Shown here one piece after another: positions 23,402 to 35,535 of a stretch of 64,000 nucleotides of DNA (position 1 is the first letter of the stretch; every line of letters starts with the position of its first letter). The translations under genes were made by a program, and so were the position numbers. Source of the DNA: Rebecca billardiae RCC1528 (taxonomy: Eukaryota; Protista; Haptophyta); NCBI GenBank assembly GCA_965240325.2, contig OZ251224.1:186001-250000 (forward strand), written 5' to 3'. The notes beneath the pieces are model-generated. The model was not told the DNA's origin. It worked only from the letters and a program-made list of their open reading frames with translations, and did not search any database.

Positions 23402-24367
23402 TCACGAGAAGAAGGGCGCGCCGCACGTGCACGTGCGCTTGTTGCCCTGGCAGCAGCCTTCGAAGAGCGGGTGCCGCACCGCGAACGACGGCGCCCGCGG
23501 CGCCGCCAGCGTCGCCTCCTGCATGCGCAGCAGGTGCGCCGGGTCCCGGCTCGCCGCGCAGTACGCGTGGAAGAGCGCCATCGAGATGGCCGCGTCCGCG
23601 AGCGCGTCGTGCGCGCTGCCGGGCGCGCGCTCGAACGGCGTGCCGCGCAGCCAGACGGAGGCGACGTGGTCCTGCGAGAAGTACGCGTAGCGCCCCTCGG
23701 CCGTGAACACGCGGAACAGCGCCGCGAGGTCGATCGAGCCGCCAAAGTCCTTCCCCTCCGCCAGGCCGAGCCAGTGAATGTCCTTGAGCACGTCCTGCCC
23801 GACCAGCTGCGCGGACGGGGGCAGGCACGCGCGCACGCGCTCGAGGGCGAGCTCGAGCGGCACGCCGTGCTGCTCGATCAGCTCGGCGGACAGCCCGGTC
23901 AGCGGCCCGAGGTACGACGCCACCGGCTTGTCCGGCTTCACGTACACGTTGAGCACCGGGCTGCCGAGCGCGTCCACGATCCCGATGTGCGCGATCGCGC
24001 GGTCGTGGTGCTGCACGCCCGTGGCGACGCACTCGACGTCGACGGAGAAGAGCGGCCCGGTGATCTCGGGCAGCACGGGTGGCCGCGGGTCCGGCGCGAC
24101 GCCGCCCCTCTCGCCGCCCGCCTCGGCGCCGCCGGGCGGCAGCTCGTGCGAGAACCGGCACTCCGGGTTGCGGCACTTGCCCTGCGCAAAGAAGCGGCAC
24201 GGCGGCGCCTTGCGCGCCGGCGCGGCGTGCGCGCCGTCCGGGCCGTCCGCGGCGCCGCCCAGCGGCGGCGGGGCCTCGTGCGAGAAGCGGCACTCGGCGC
24301 CCGCACGGCAGTGCCCCTGCGCGTAGAAGCGGCACGGCGGCGGCCGCGCTGGGTTCGGCTCCGCCAT
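23402..24367 (-). CDS. Tandem CCCH zinc finger plus DEDDh 3'-5' exonuclease (REX4/ISG20-like)
   Basis: CRFYAQGHCRAGAECRFSH and CRFFAQGKCRNPECRFSH; ExoI SVDVEC, ExoII VGQDVLKD, ExoIII HDALADA. Confidence 0.88.
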   Translation of the reverse strand: MAEPNPARPPPCRFYAQGHCRAGAECRFSHEAPPPLGGAADGPDGAHAAPARKAPPCRFFAQGKCRNPECRFSHELPPGGAEAGGERGGVAPDPRPPVLPEITGPLFSVDVECVATGVQHHDRAIAHIGIVDALGSPVLNVYVKPDKPVASYLGPLTGLSAELIEQHGVPLELALERVRACLPPSAQLVGQDVLKDIHWLGLAEGKDFGGSIDLAALFRVFTAEGRYAYFSQDHVASVWLRGTPFERAPGSAHDALADAAISMALFHAYCAASRDPAHLLRMQEATLAAPRAPSFAVRHPLFEGCCQGNKRTCTCGAPFFS

Positions 24368-25067
24368 CGCCTGATGACGACGACGTCAGACGCGTGCCCA
24401 CTGCCCACGACGCGCAGTGCCGGGCCGTGGAATTGGCGGGCGCGAATGACTGATCCCAACCGAAGAGGCTCGTCGCCTTCACCGCCGACGAACTGTACGA
24501 CGAGCTTGCAACCCCCATTTAATACTGCATGCGTCGCGGTTCAGTAAGAACGTTTCGCACAACACCTTCACCTTCTGATGATCGTGTTCCGACACTCGAC
24601 AGTAGTAGTTACGACTGTACTTACTGTACGACTGTACATGAAGTATGCCCGCCTGTGTCAGCTCTGCATCAGACTACATCATTGGACATAGCAGTGCTGA
24701 CATATATATGTATATATATATATTCGATATTGATATTGTCGTACTGCTTAGCCTAATTACGACGACGGTTATTAGCCGCTCAGTAGTACGCTTAGTACGG
24801 CTACTAACAGTAGTACTAGTACTAGTACTTGACCTGGAACAAGCCGACATGGTCACATGGCGACAAGTGCTGCGCCACGATGACGGTAGAAATGTGGCGG
24901 CTGCGCTGATGAGCAGGCGAACAGTCTGATCAGCACCGTGTGTCTGATGAACTATCGGCCTCAGCACCATTGGGCACTGCGGCCTGCTCGCCGGCGGAGG
25001 CCCGAGGCCAGGCATATGCGTCGCGTGGCGCCGACAGCGCCGACCCGCGCAACTCGTCAGCACTCAC

Positions 25068-27612
25068 TCATGGCACGTAGTCGGGGTCGTCGTCGTCGCC
25101 CTTCCGCTTCTTGGGCTTCTTCTTGGGTGGGGCCGCCGCGTCGCGCGCTGCGGCGGCGGGCTGCTTGCTCTTGGCCGTGCGCGCCTGCGCCGACGCTCGC
25201 GCTGGCGCGGGCGCGGCAGGGTGCGCAGCCTGCGGCGGCGGCGGCGCCAGCGAGTCCGCGGGCTGCGCGGGTCCGTCGGCTGCGCCCAGCTCTGCGTCCA
25301 GGTCGATCGGAGTGGCGCTGTCGCCCGCCGAGGGTGCGGGCGCGCCGCCCGCCGCGCGCCGCTTGGCCGGGCCGGCCGCCGTGCCCGCCGTGCCGGCCGC
25401 GCCTGCGCTGCCGCCGGCGCCGCCGCCCTCCGGCTGCTCGGCCGCGGCGGCGGTGGGCGCGCCGCCGCTGCCGCGCGAGACCGCGCCGCCGCCGCTCGGC
25501 GCCGCGCTCGCGTCCGCCGGCGCGGTGGTGCGCGCGGCGCTCGCCGGCGCCTTGCGCTTGGCGGCGGTGCTGCCCGCGGCGCGCGCGCCGCCGCCGCGCC
25601 CGGGCGCGCCCGCCGCCGCCGCCGCCGCCGCCGCCGGCGGCGTCGGCGGCTTGGGCTGCGGGCGCGTCGGCGGCTGCGGCTGCGGCTGTGCGCGCGGCTG
25701 CGCCGGCTGCTCGGCCGGCGCGCCGCCGCCGCCGGGCGCGCACTGCGCCGGGCGCACGCCCGCGCTGTCGAGCGCGCGCGCCAGCCCCGCGAGCGCGCGC
25801 GGCAGGTCGACGAGCCAGGAGGCGCGCCAGATGCGGTGGAACGCCCAGCCCGAGCGCTCGAGCGCGCGCTGCTCGCGCACGCACGCGCGCCACTCGGCGA
25901 GCGTGCCGCCGCTGCCGCCGTCCAGGCAGACGCACAGCCGCCGGTCGCCCGCCGCGTCCTCGACGACGGCGGCCGAGCCGGCCACGCTCACGTCGCACGA
26001 GTGGCGGAAGCCGTGCACGCGGAGCCAGCGCGCGAGCTGCGCCTCGGGCGTGTGCGCCGCGGCCGGGACGAGCGCGCACGCGGGCCCGCCGCCGCCGCCC
26101 TCCGCCGCCGCGCGCGCCGCCCCCTGCCCCGGCTGCGCCGCCGCGCTCCCGAAGAAGCCCACCGCCCACGCGCGGCAGTCGTTTGGGTTGGGCAGCTCGC
26201 GCGGCCCGACCGAGCGGAACAGCACCATCCGGTCCCGCGCGCGCGAGAGCGCGACGTTGTACTTCTGCTCGTACAGCCGGCCCACATGCGGCGCGCTCGC
26301 GGCCGAGCCGGGCGCGGCCACGAGCGAGAGAAGCACCACGTCGCGCTCGTCGCCCTGGAAGGAGGTCGGGTCGCCCACGACGACGCGGTGCCGCGCGAGC
26401 TGCGCGCCGCTGAGCGCGTCGAGCAGCAGCGAGCGCAGCAGCCGCGCCTGCTCGAGGCCGCCGAGCGAGATCACGCCGACCGACGCGGCGCGCAGCTCGC
26501 CGCCCGGCGCCTGGAGCTGCTCCGCCAGGTACGCCACCAGCGCGCGCGCCTCCGCCGGGTTGGTCTTGTTCTTGGCGCGCGCGCCGCCGCCCACGTGCAC
26601 GTCGAGCAGCGGCGGCTGCAGCCGCTGCGAGCGCGGCGGCAGCCGGCGCGGCTGCAGCCGGCCGTGGTAGAAGCGCTCGTTGGAGAAGGCGATGCACGCG
26701 GGCACGCAGCGGAAGTGCTGCGTGAGCGAGACGCGCGCGTCCGCGTAGCACGTCTGCGCCAGGTCGAAGACGCTGCGGCCGGGGAGCAGCACCTCCGCGT
26801 ACGGGTGGCGGCACGAGAGCAGGCTCGACTTGAGGTCGGCGATCGTCGCCTCCGACACAAACGCGGCGGAGGGCGAGACCTGCTTGCCGTCGCCGACGAC
26901 GAGGAGCTGCGCGCCGCGCAGCAGCGCGGGCAGCGCGCTCACGTCCGACTGCGACGCCTCGTCCAGCACCACCAGGTCGAACGAGCACAGCGCGGGCGGC
27001 AGGCACTGGCACACGCGCCAAGTCGGCATCACCCAGCACGGCACGGAGAGCGCGCAGTCGGTGAGCGCGGACGCGAGGTCGCCGCGGTAGCGCGCGGCGC
27101 GCGCGCCGTCGCCGTGCGCGGTGCCGGCGTGGCCCACGGCGGAGACGAGCCGCATCAGCCCCGCGCACGCCTCGGGCGAGAGCGCCGCGCGCAGCGCCTC
27201 CTTGGCGCACGCCGCGACGAGCGCGCACACCGCGCTCTCGAGCTCGGCGGCGAGCCGCTGCGCGGCCGCGCTCGAGCGTGCCGCGCCCGCGTCGCGCTCC
27301 TCGGACGCGCGCAGCGCGGCCATCGCGGCGGCGGCGGCGTACAGCTTGCGCGCGTCGGGCGGGCACGCGCCGCCGTCGCCGCGCGCCGCCGTCGGCGCCG
27401 GGTCCGCCCGGAGCAGCTGCGCCGCCCACTCTGGCGCGCGCAGCTCGCGCGCCACACTCTGCAGCGCGCCCAGCCGGTCGAGCGAGGCGCGCGCCTCGCG
27501 CAGGCGCGCCTGCGCGCCGCTGAAGCGCGAGACGGCCACCTCGGCGGGCACCGCGCGCTCGCCCAGCCGCTCAACCTCGCGCAGCAGGCTGCCCACCGGC
27601 GAGAGCGACTCG

Positions 27613-27654
<42 letters not shown>

Positions 27655-29716
27655 AGCAGCGTGCGCTCGAGGTCGCGCAGCTCGCGGCGCATCGCGCCTT
27701 GCTTCTCTCTCGCGCGCGCGAGCTCGTTGTCGTGCGCGCGCAGCGCGCGGCGCAGCGACTCGACCGCCTCCCCGCACTCGTCCGCCGAGCCGAGCGCGGC
27801 GACCGCAAGCGCGTGCTCCCAGTCGCGCCGCGGCGCGGCGCGCGCGGGCGAGGGCGGGCCCGCGCGCGCGCCGCTGTCGACGGCGCGGCCGACGAGCGCG
27901 GGGAGGCCGTCGGCGCAGCGCATCGCGTCGCGCGCGGCGAGCAGCCGCGGCCGGTGCACACGGCCGAGCCACTGCGCCAGCGCCGCCGCGGGCCCGTGCG
28001 CGTGCGCGCCCAGCTCGGCGGGTGCGGGCAGCTCGGGCGCGCCCACAAACGCGCCCAGCGCCGCCCAGTGCGCGCGCAGCGCGCTGCTGGCGGCGTGCAG
28101 CTCGAGGCTCGCCTCGACCATGCGCCAGCGCGCCTCTGTCGAGGGCGGGCGGGCGGAGACGCGAACCTCGCGCAGCTCCGCGCTCAGCGTCTGCGACGGC
28201 CCGCCCCCCGGCGTGCTCCGCCGCACCAGGCTGAACAGCGAGCGCCGCCCCGGGTGCGCGTGCCAGCGCACCTCGTCCGACACCTCGGAGCGCCCGAGCA
28301 GCTCGGGCAGCTCGGCGCCGGCGTCGAGGGCGGCGCGCAGGCGCTTGATGTTCGACTCGTCGTCGGCGAGCGAGCGCAGCACCGGCGGCAGCTCGACCGC
28401 CTCCCCCGCCTCCACCTGCGCCCCCAGCTCGCACGCCCGGCACAGCAGCGCGCACACGCCCTCGACCGCGCGCCGCGCGGCCGCGGAGTCAGCGTGCCGC
28501 ACGAGGCCGAAGAGCCACGCGCCGTCGTCCGCGTCCGCGCAGCCGGCCGCGCCAGGCTTGGGCTTGGAGCCGCGCCGCGCGCCGCCGCCGCCGCCGCCGC
28601 CCGCCGCCGCCGGCGCGATCGCGGCGCACGCGGCGCCGAGCCGCGCGAGCGCCGCCCTCACCGCCTCAAGCCTGGCGAGCAGCGCCGCCCCCTGCTGCGC
28701 CGAGCGGAGCCGCGGGAGCTGGCCCGCGTCGATGGCGGCGTCGATGGCGGCGGCCTCGTGCAGCGCGGAGGCGAGCTCGGCCAGCGCGTCCGCGCCGATC
28801 CCCTCCGCCTCCGGCGCCACGCAGCGCAGCCCCTCGCCCCAGCGCAGCGCCTCCCTCGCGCGCTCGCGCGCCGCGCGCACACGGTCGATCAGCTCCTCGG
28901 CGGGGGGCGGCTTGAGGGGGTCGATGCGCGCGCCCGCGAGGAACCACGCGCGCGAGGCGCCGAGCCGGTCGGTGGCGGAGGTGGGGAGGAGGAGCGCCGA
29001 CGCGTCCGAGGGCCCCGCGCCGCCCGCCGCCCCCGCGCCGAGCACGCCCGTCACCGCGTCCGCCAGCTGCGTCAGGCTGCCCCCGCCCGCGCCGCGCGCC
29101 ACCACGCCCAGGCAGCGCAGGTGCTCGGGGTGGAGGCCGACAGAGGGCGCGCCCACCTCCGCGGGCGCGGCGTCGGGCGGCGCGGCGGCGTCGAGCGCGG
29201 CGCCGCGGGCGCGCCGGGCGCCCGCGCCGCGCCCGGCCGGCGGGAAGTGCGGCGCCGCCCAGCCGTCGTCCGCCGCCTCGAGCGCGCGCAGCTCGGCCGA
29301 GAGCGCGCGCACGTGCCGACGCAGCCGGTCGGCCGCGGCCGAGAGCTGCGGCAGCGGCGCAGACGCGATGCAGTCGGCGAGGTACTCGACAGAGGCCTCG
29401 AGCGTGCGGAAGGAGGAGGCGTCGCCCGAGCCGAGCGAGACGCACAGCTCGCGCACGCCCGCGGGCAGCTTGCTCCGCAGCACCTCGAGCGCCGGCTCCC
29501 CCTTCGAGGTGACCAGCACCCGCCGGCCGGTCGCGAGATAGTGGCAGATCACGTTGGCGATTGTCTGCGACTTGCCCGTGCCAGGCGGGCCGACGAGCAC
29601 GGCGCAGCCCTGCCGCTCGAGCACGCCGACCACCTGCTCCTGCGCCGCGTTCGACGGGAGCCCAAAGTACAGGAAGTCCTCGTCGTCCTCCTCGTCGTCG
29701 TCCGTCGCCATGCCGC

Positions 29717-29761
<45 letters not shown>

Positions 29762-30893
29762 GCGGCGCGCGGCCGGGCGGCGGCGCGCTCGCGCCGCCCG
29801 CGCCGGCGCTGCCGCCGAGCATGCGGCGGAGCAGCCCGCGGATCACGCCGCCGCCGCCCGCAGCCACGCCACCCGCCCCGCCCCGCCCGTGCGCCGCGCC
29901 GCCGCCGCCGCCGCCGCCGCCGCCCGCCGCCGCGACCGCGGGCCACGCGGCGGCCGCGCCGTCCGGCGGCCGCCGGCCGCGCGGCGGCGGGACCGGAATG
30001 TCGTAGATGCCGACGAGGCGGCCGAGGCCGGCGGTGAGGCGGCCGTGCGGCAGCGCGCGCAGCGCGTCGGCGAGCGCGTCGCAGTCCGCCGAGAGCCCGC
30101 GCTCGCCCGCCTCCTCGCGCGTCCACAGCGCGAAGCCGTTGTGCACGCGCGGCGCGCGCTCGAGCGCGCCCGCGAGCGCGCCGCCCTTGGGCACGCTCTT
30201 CGGCGCGCCGTCCACGTACACGCCGTCGGCGGAGAGGCAGTGCGCGGCGCGGCGGAGGAGCGGCTCCCACCGCGCCTTGTCCGTCGGCGGCGGCGCCGCC
30301 CCGCCGAGCAGCCGGTAGTCGCGCGCGCACGCCTCGAGCTGCGCGCGCGCGGGCGCGAGTCGCGCGAGCCCCGGGAAGGCGAACAGCGAGGCCTGCGCCG
30401 CGTCCGCGAGGCGGACGACGAAGGCGCCGTCGTCGTCGAGCACGAGCTCGGCGGGGATGAGCACGAGCGGGTGCTCGATCGCCGTGTCCGCCTCCATCTG
30501 CCAGCGCACGATGCCCACGCCCGCGGTGAGCTGCGCGCCGCGCCCCTCGCGCAGCGCCTCCTGGTGCGCGCCAAACAGCTGCGCGTACACGGCGCACACC
30601 TGGGCGCCGAGCACGCTCTTCCGGTCGTCGCCCTCGGGGCGGCGCACGCGCACCCACACGGCCTCGTCCCCCGTCGCGTGCTCGCTCGACTCCACGAGCG
30701 TGACGAACGGCTGCCCGGCCGCGTCCTCGAGCTGCGTGAGCCGGCGCAGCGTGTCCTCGTGCAGCACGAGCGAGCCGTCGTCCTTGGAGGGCGGGGCGAG
30801 GCGGAGGCGGTCGGCGTCGCCCTTGCCGTGGAGCTTCGCCACCTCCTTGCAGTACGCCAGCAGCCCGATCAGCCGGTCCTCCGCCTCGGGCAT
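25068..30893 (-). CDS. UPF1/DNA2-like SF1 helicase (AAA_11/AAA_12) with C-terminal Vsr/MTES_1575-like restriction-endonuclease-fold domain
   Basis: GPPGTGKSQTIANVICHYLATGRRVLVTS, FDLVVLDEASQ, VVGDGKQ, LTQHFRC, FQGDERD, NVALSRARD; C-terminal ALERSGWAFHRIW; basic NLS-like tail PPKKKPKKRK. Start placed at MPEAEDRL (30893) because the longer ORF overlaps the YPI1 start. Confidence 0.85.
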
Positions 30894-31151
30894 CGTGCGC
30901 GGGCAGGCAGAGGCGCGCGGTTGATGTGTCCGCCGGGGCCGCTTGACCGCTAGTCGTGAGCAGCGCACGCCGCGCGGGCGCTCTATCGCGCTTTTTCGCG
31001 TGGCCAGCTTCCAAGGAAAATTCAAAAATCGAGCCGACGAACCAGACCGGGGCCAACCCGGAGCGCACGGGCGCCCGCCTTGTGCTGACCAACCGTGCGG
31101 GTGGGGGCGCCTTGGCAACTCGCGGGGGGCGGCGCGGCGCGCTGCTAACGT

Positions 31152-31490
31152 ATGAGTGACGCCGCCGCCGGCGGCGCTGGAGCAGCGCATGCCGCGCAGC
31201 TGACGGGCACGGCGACGATCGCGCTGCAGCAGACCTCCGAGCCCGGGGCCTCCTCCGCGCCGCCTGCGGTGACGCTACGCCTGCGCGCGCCGCGGCGGGT
31301 GCGGTTTGACGAGAGCGCGGTGGACAACGAGCACCTGGGGCGCAAGAAGTCGAAGAGCTGCTGCGTGTATCACCGGCGCAGGGCCTTTGATGAGAGCTCC
31401 GACGAGAGCGACTTTGAATGCGGCGACTGCGCACCAGAGGGCGGCTCAGCCGGGGGCAGCGGCCCGGCGCCGAGTGCGCCCGCACAATGA
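31152..31490 (+). CDS. YPI1: Protein phosphatase 1 inhibitor-3 (Ypi1/PPP1R11)
   Basis: RVxF motif (RRVRF) followed by VDNEHLGRKKSKSCCVYH and FDESSDES, the family signature. Confidence 0.93.
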   Translation: MSDAAAGGAGAAHAAQLTGTATIALQQTSEPGASSAPPAVTLRLRAPRRVRFDESAVDNEHLGRKKSKSCCVYHRRRAFDESSDESDFECGDCAPEGGSAGGSGPAPSAPAQ

Positions 31491-31865
31491 CGGCATGGAC
31501 AGCCGAGCGCGGCGGGCCGCGATGTCAAGTTGCGGGGTGATCATCGTGGCGTACCTCGCCGCCCGAGCATTCTCCGGAGATGCGCCGCCGCGCCGCCGTG
31601 GCCGCCCACCGGGCTGGGCGCGCCAGGCCGATGGGCACAGCATGGCGCGGGCGCGCGGCCCGGGCACTGCCCGAGGCATGCTGTGCCCGTGGGCCTTGGC
31701 GCAGCAGCAACCCGTGCGTGTACAACCGAAGCCATTCGAAGTGATGGCTGTGGCCTCTGGCACAGCATGCCAGATGGCATATTGTAGGCGTGGCGAGGTA
31801 GTAGCTCCTAAGAAGCCTCAGCGAGCGAGATTCGGATCGACGATCTGAACCTGAACCACTGATTC

Positions 31866-31926
31866 TACAGTTTATTTGTTTTAACGTGCGTAAGGCTCAC
31901 GGTGGCAGGTTGCCGCGCCATCCTTC
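31866..31926 (-). repeat. 61-bp dispersed repeat, copy 2
   Basis: Reverse complement identical to 19044-19104. Confidence 0.85.
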
Positions 31927-31953
31927 CCACCCGTTCCAGAAAGGCTCGGACAC

Positions 31954-32000
31954 GGTCCGGAGGGGTTTAGGTCGTGGACGACCTAAACCCCTCCCGGACC
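31954..32000. repeat. Near-perfect 22-bp hairpin
   Basis: ggtccggaggggtttaggtcgt-gg-acgacctaaacccctcccggacc, with one bulged base. Confidence 0.85.
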
Positions 32001-32077
32001 ACAGTGGGCGCACGCGGGGCCGCGGCCCGTCGACGTCGAGGCGGTTTACGCGCTCTGCTGTCGAGGAGTTGCTGTTT

Positions 32078-33067
32078 GCGCCGCGCGCCGCGCTGGCGGG
32101 GTGGCCTGGACCCATGCGCGCCTTCGAACCCCCGGCGACCGCGCGCGCATCGGCTTCCTCCGCCTGCGAGTCGCCCGCGACCGCGCCCGCCGCCCGCTTG
32201 GAGTGGGTTGACCGCGCCCGAGCCTGCTCGCCGCCGAGCGCAGGGATGAGTTGAGCGCGGCGCGAGGCGGCGATCGTGGTCGGGCGATCGCATGCGCCCA
32301 TATGGGCCCCATCTGCCACGGCGCGACCGCTTCAGCATGCGTATGTGACGCCACTTGTCATGATTGTCTCATGTCGGGTAGCAGGTGAGCACTGTCGGCC
32401 AGCGTGTCCGCGCGCGCGCGCGCGCGCAGGGCTCTGCGGGTCGGATGCCGCTCTGTGGCGTCTCGTGATGTCTGCACTGCGCAAACTGGGTGGCACGAGT
32501 GGTCCGCATCCGTAGTCATGTGGCGTCTGCTGATGCCGTGTTCGCGACGAGAACTCAAGCAAGTTCTTCTCGACCGGAGTTGCCGTCAGCATTGACGCAC
32601 GTTGCGAGCTGGCAGTGCAGTGAAGGGCATGCCCTTGGTGACCCACGCTGGGCAATACACGGCAATCAGCATGCCCTGGTGCCAACTGTGACGTGTTTCA
32701 GACCCGTCTGGCCCTGCTCAGGCGCGTGCGCGCGCGGACACGCTGGCCGACAGTGCTCACCTGCTACGCGACATGAGACAATCATGACAAGCGGCGTCAC
32801 GTACGCATGCTGAAGCGGTCGCGCCGTGGCAGATGGGGCCCATATGGGCGCATGCGATCGCCCGACCACGATCGCCGCCTCGCGCCGCGCTCAACTCATC
32901 CCTGCGCTCGGCGGCGAGCAGGCTCGGGCGCGGTCAACCCACTCCAAGCGGGCGGCGGGCGCGGTCGCGGGCGACTCGCAGGCGGAGGAAGCCGATGCGC
33001 GCGCGGTCGCCGGGGCTTCGAAGGCGCGCATGGGTCCAGGCCACCCCGCCAGCGCGGCGCGCGGCGC
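32078..33067. repeat. Long inverted repeat, ~340-bp arms (32078-~32417 and ~32728-33067), ~310-bp spacer
   Basis: Arms are reverse complements with about four mismatches by eye; mirrored ORFs appear on both strands of the ORF track. Confidence 0.95.
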
Positions 33068-33263
33068 CCAAGTCATGTTTCTCTCGGGCCGCACGTCGGC
33101 CACGCGCCACTTGATCGCCATCCTGCCGCCACGAGCCGGGTGCGGGGCGCCTGGAGGCGGAACAACACCTCGTGGAACGGGTGGTCGCAATGGCGGCGCG
33201 AGCGCCAGTTTGCCGGCAATCAATCAGAAAGCGAGCGCATCAGGCGAAGTAGTGCGCGCGTTG

Positions 33264-35503
33264 ATGGGGGGCGCGTGCGCGTCGAGGGAGCGGCCCGCCG
33301 GCGAGCACGCCGAGGAGGATGGCGCGCTGCCGGAGGCGACCTCGCCGGCGGACCCGCCCGACGCTCGGCTGGGCGCCCACGCCCCCGCCCGCCCGGCGGA
33401 CGATCGCGGCGCGAGCGAGGCGGCGCCGTCGCGGCCGCCAGCCGAGCGCGCGGCCGGCTCGCGCGAGGCGGCGGCGGCGGCGGCGATCTCGGCGAGCGAG
33501 CTGTCGGTGGAGCTCGCGGACGACGAGCCCGCCGCCGCCGCGCCCGCGGCCTCGCCCGAGCCCGAGCCCGAGCCCGAGCCGCTCGTGCCCGGGCTGGCGG
33601 CGCGCGCGGCCGCGTTCTGCGCGGCCGCGCGCGCGCACGCGCTCGGCGCGGACGCGGACGCGTCGGCGCTGCTCGAGGCGGAGTCGACGATCTCGCACGG
33701 GCTGGGCGAGCTGGCCGAGCTCGTGCCCCCCGCGCTCGCCGACGCCGTCGCCCAGCTCGGCGTCGCGTGCAGCATCGCGCTCGCGCGCGCGCGCGGCGCG
33801 CGCGCCAACGGGCGCGACGCGCGCGAGCTCGGCGCGTGCGTGCGCGACGCGGCGGCGGAGGTGGGCGAGGCGCTCGGCGTGGTGGGCGGGTGGGCGCGCG
33901 ACGCGCCCGCGCGCGCGCTCGAGCCGCTCGAGCGCGCGCTGCGCGAGCTCGCCGACGCGGCGGAGGAGGGCGCCGACAGCATCGCCGCGCTGTGCGCGCC
34001 CGGCTGGCTCGAGCTCGTGTGGCGTGCCGAGCGCGAGCCGACCGAGCTGCGCGAGGTGGCGCGGGGCGTGGAGGGCGCGGCGCGCGGGGCGAGCGCGGCG
34101 GTGGGCCGCGCGCCGCCCCGCGCGCCCCCGCGCGCGCTCGACCAGCTCCCGCGCCTCGCCGCCGCCATCGGCGCGCAGCGCGCCGAGCTGGAAAGTGCCC
34201 GCGCGGAGGGCGTGAGCGCGGGCGCGCTCGAGGGGCTGCTCGCGCGCCACGCGGCCGGGCTGGCGTACGGCGCGGGCGCGGAGGAGGCGCCGCCGGCGCT
34301 GCAGCTGGAGCCGCTGCTCGACGAGGCGCGCGCGCGCCGCGAGCCGCCGCCGCCGCCGCCGCCGCTCGACTTTGGCCGCTGGCTCGGCGCGGCGCGCGCG
34401 CGCTTTGCCGGCCGGCGCGGCGCGCTCGCCTCCATCGACGCGTGGGCGGCGGCGCGCGGCGCGCCGCAGCTGCTGCTCGTGCTCGGGGCGGCGGGGAGCG
34501 GCAAGTCGGCGCTGCTCGCGCAGCTCGTGCAGCACGAGGACCCCTCGCTCGGCGCGCACCGCCGCGTGCTCGCGCACCACGTCCTCCGCCCCTGCCCCGC
34601 GCGCTGGGCCTCGGCCGCGACGTTTGTGTCTCAGCTCTCGCTCAGCCTGCGGCGCGCGCTGCCCGCGTACGGCCGTCAGCTGGCGGCGGAGCGCAGGGAG
34701 CGGGCGGAGCTGACGCGGCTGGACGAGGACGAGGACCCGGCCAGCTCGCTCGAGCGCGTCGTCCTCGCCCCGCTCCGCGCGCTGCCGCGCGTGGACACGC
34801 CGGGCTCCGCTCGGCTGCTCGTGCTGCTGGGAGCGGACGAGGAGGAGGAGGCGGCCGCGGACGCGGCGGAGGCGGAGGCGGAGGAGGCGGCGGCGGCGGC
34901 GGAGGCGGATGGGGGCGTGCCGCCGGCGCTGCTGCCACGCCGCGCCGCGTCGTCCGCCTCGCGCCCATCGCTCGTCCGCGCGAACGCGCGCGCCGCCCGC
35001 TCCGACGACTCCGACGACGGTGCCGCCGACGCCGACGCGGAGGCCGCGCGCGCGCCGCACGCGCGCGCGCCGCGCGTGGCGCAGCTGCTGGCGGAAGCGC
35101 TGGCGGCGGGGCGCGTGCCCGGCTGGCTGCGCGTGGTGGCGTCGGCGCGCGCGGAGCCCGAGTCGGCGCTCGCGGCGCTGCGCGCGCTGCCCCACGCCAC
35201 CGTCGAGCTCGGCGGCGGCGCCAGCAGCGCCGGCGGCGGCACCGAGCGCGACGCCGCGCGTCCGGCAGCCGAGGCGGGCGCGGACGCGGACGCGGACGCG
35301 GACGCGGCCGCGGACGCGGACGCGCGCGCCATCGCGCGCTCGCAGCTCGAGGCGCTGGTCGAGGCGGGCGAGCTGCGCGCCAGCTCGCACGCCGCGCTGG
35401 ACGACGCGGCGGCGGTGCTCGCCACGGCGGGCGGGCGCAGCACGCCGCTCCACGCCGCGCTCGCGCTGCAGTGCGCCCGCGCATCCGCCCGGCACGCCGC
35501 CCC

Positions 35504-35535
<32 letters not shown>

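Noticed and set aside
32826-33263. N-terminal extension of the ankyrin ORF
   Set aside because: It starts within the inverted-repeat arm and is mirrored on the other strand; the ATG at 33264 is more plausible.
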